DNA of 4,944 nt from a virus (taxonomy: Duplodnaviria; Heunggongvirae; Uroviricota; Caudoviricetes). The notes below the pieces were generated by a model that worked only from the letters and a program-made list of their open reading frames with translations, did no database searches and was not told the origin of the DNA. This document shows positions 4,584 to 4,944 of this stretch, in pieces. A program made the translations under genes and the position numbers. The stretch lies in the IMG/VR virus record IMGVR_UViG_2713896780_000003; one strand, written 5' to 3'. Each line of letters begins with the position of its first letter. Position 1 is the first letter of the stretch.

Positions 4584-4940
4584 TTATTCAGTTCTGGATT
4601 TTGTCACCCTGCGTATCCGCGCTTTCACGTTACGCTCAATCTGAATTAGCTTTTCTATATTTCTCCGCCTTTCCCGTTCCTCCTGGCGCAAGATCCTTAC
4701 ATCATCTGCCAGTCTGGTTTCTCTTTTCGCCACAGAGAGCATCCAGTCAAATGGCTCCACAACTGCACCGCAGATTTTACAGCGGACCTGACGCTCTTTT
4801 TCGTCAACCCGGACAGAGGCGTGATGGCAATATGGTCTTTCCGATGGCTCATAGAGAAAATTAACCTGATTACGTGGGTCATCCTCTTTTACCGGAAATA
4901 AAACGATATTGCTTAACTCATCTTCTGGTTTTATTTCCAT
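4584..4940 (-). CDS. Zn-ribbon-like protein with basic coiled-coil tail (118 aa)
   Basis: Open frame from ATG at 4940..4938, four nt from the window edge, so upstream signals cannot be checked and the true start may lie outside. Contains C-H-H then 13 residues then C-x2-C (YCHHASVRVDEKERQVRCKICG) and an Arg/Glu-rich C-terminus. Confidence 0.45.
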   Translation of the reverse strand: MEIKPEDELSNIVLFPVKEDDPRNQVNFLYEPSERPYCHHASVRVDEKERQVRCKICGAVVEPFDWMLSVAKRETRLADDVRILRQEERERRRNIEKLIQIERNVKARIRRVTKSRTE

Positions 4941-4944
4941 GCTC

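Noticed and set aside
4523-4882. ORFs 4523..4864 (plus) and 4697..4882 (minus)
   Set aside because: Antisense or alternate frames overlapping the 118-aa Zn-ribbon-like gene; no ribosome-binding sites.
1-4944. CRISPR array, IS element or integrase, rRNA or tRNA genes
   Set aside because: No regularly spaced direct repeats, no terminal inverted repeats flanking a transposase-sized ORF, no large recombinase ORF, and no cloverleaf-compatible or rRNA-like segments.

Overview
The window reads as the nin-to-late-control region of an enterobacterial lambdoid prophage, with every supportable gene on the minus strand. Reading 5' to 3' on the minus strand (4940 down to 1): a tightly coupled string of small accessory genes (118-aa Zn-ribbon-like, 70-aa acidic, 96-aa, 117-aa DUF551-like, a 27-aa hydrophobic peptide, and one or two micro-genes partly hidden by N-runs); a strong intrinsic terminator near 3029-3051; a very AT-rich island (about 2880-3000) followed by a small gene; then DUF1367-like, DUF1364/YbcO-like and a 184-aa Q-like antiterminator candidate. 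The Q-like gene is followed by a pR'-like promoter overlapping its stop codon, a short leader and a tR'-like terminator. Immediately after that terminator, where lambdoid phages carry morons or lysis genes, sits an ORF6N-domain antirepressor-like gene, the most interesting candidate here. Three 50-nt N-runs (767-816, 3107-3156, 3365-3414) interrupt genes, so lengths and frames across them cannot be trusted. Family names are recalled from the translated sequence and gene context, not from any search. No rRNA, tRNA, CRISPR array, IS element or integrase is supportable.
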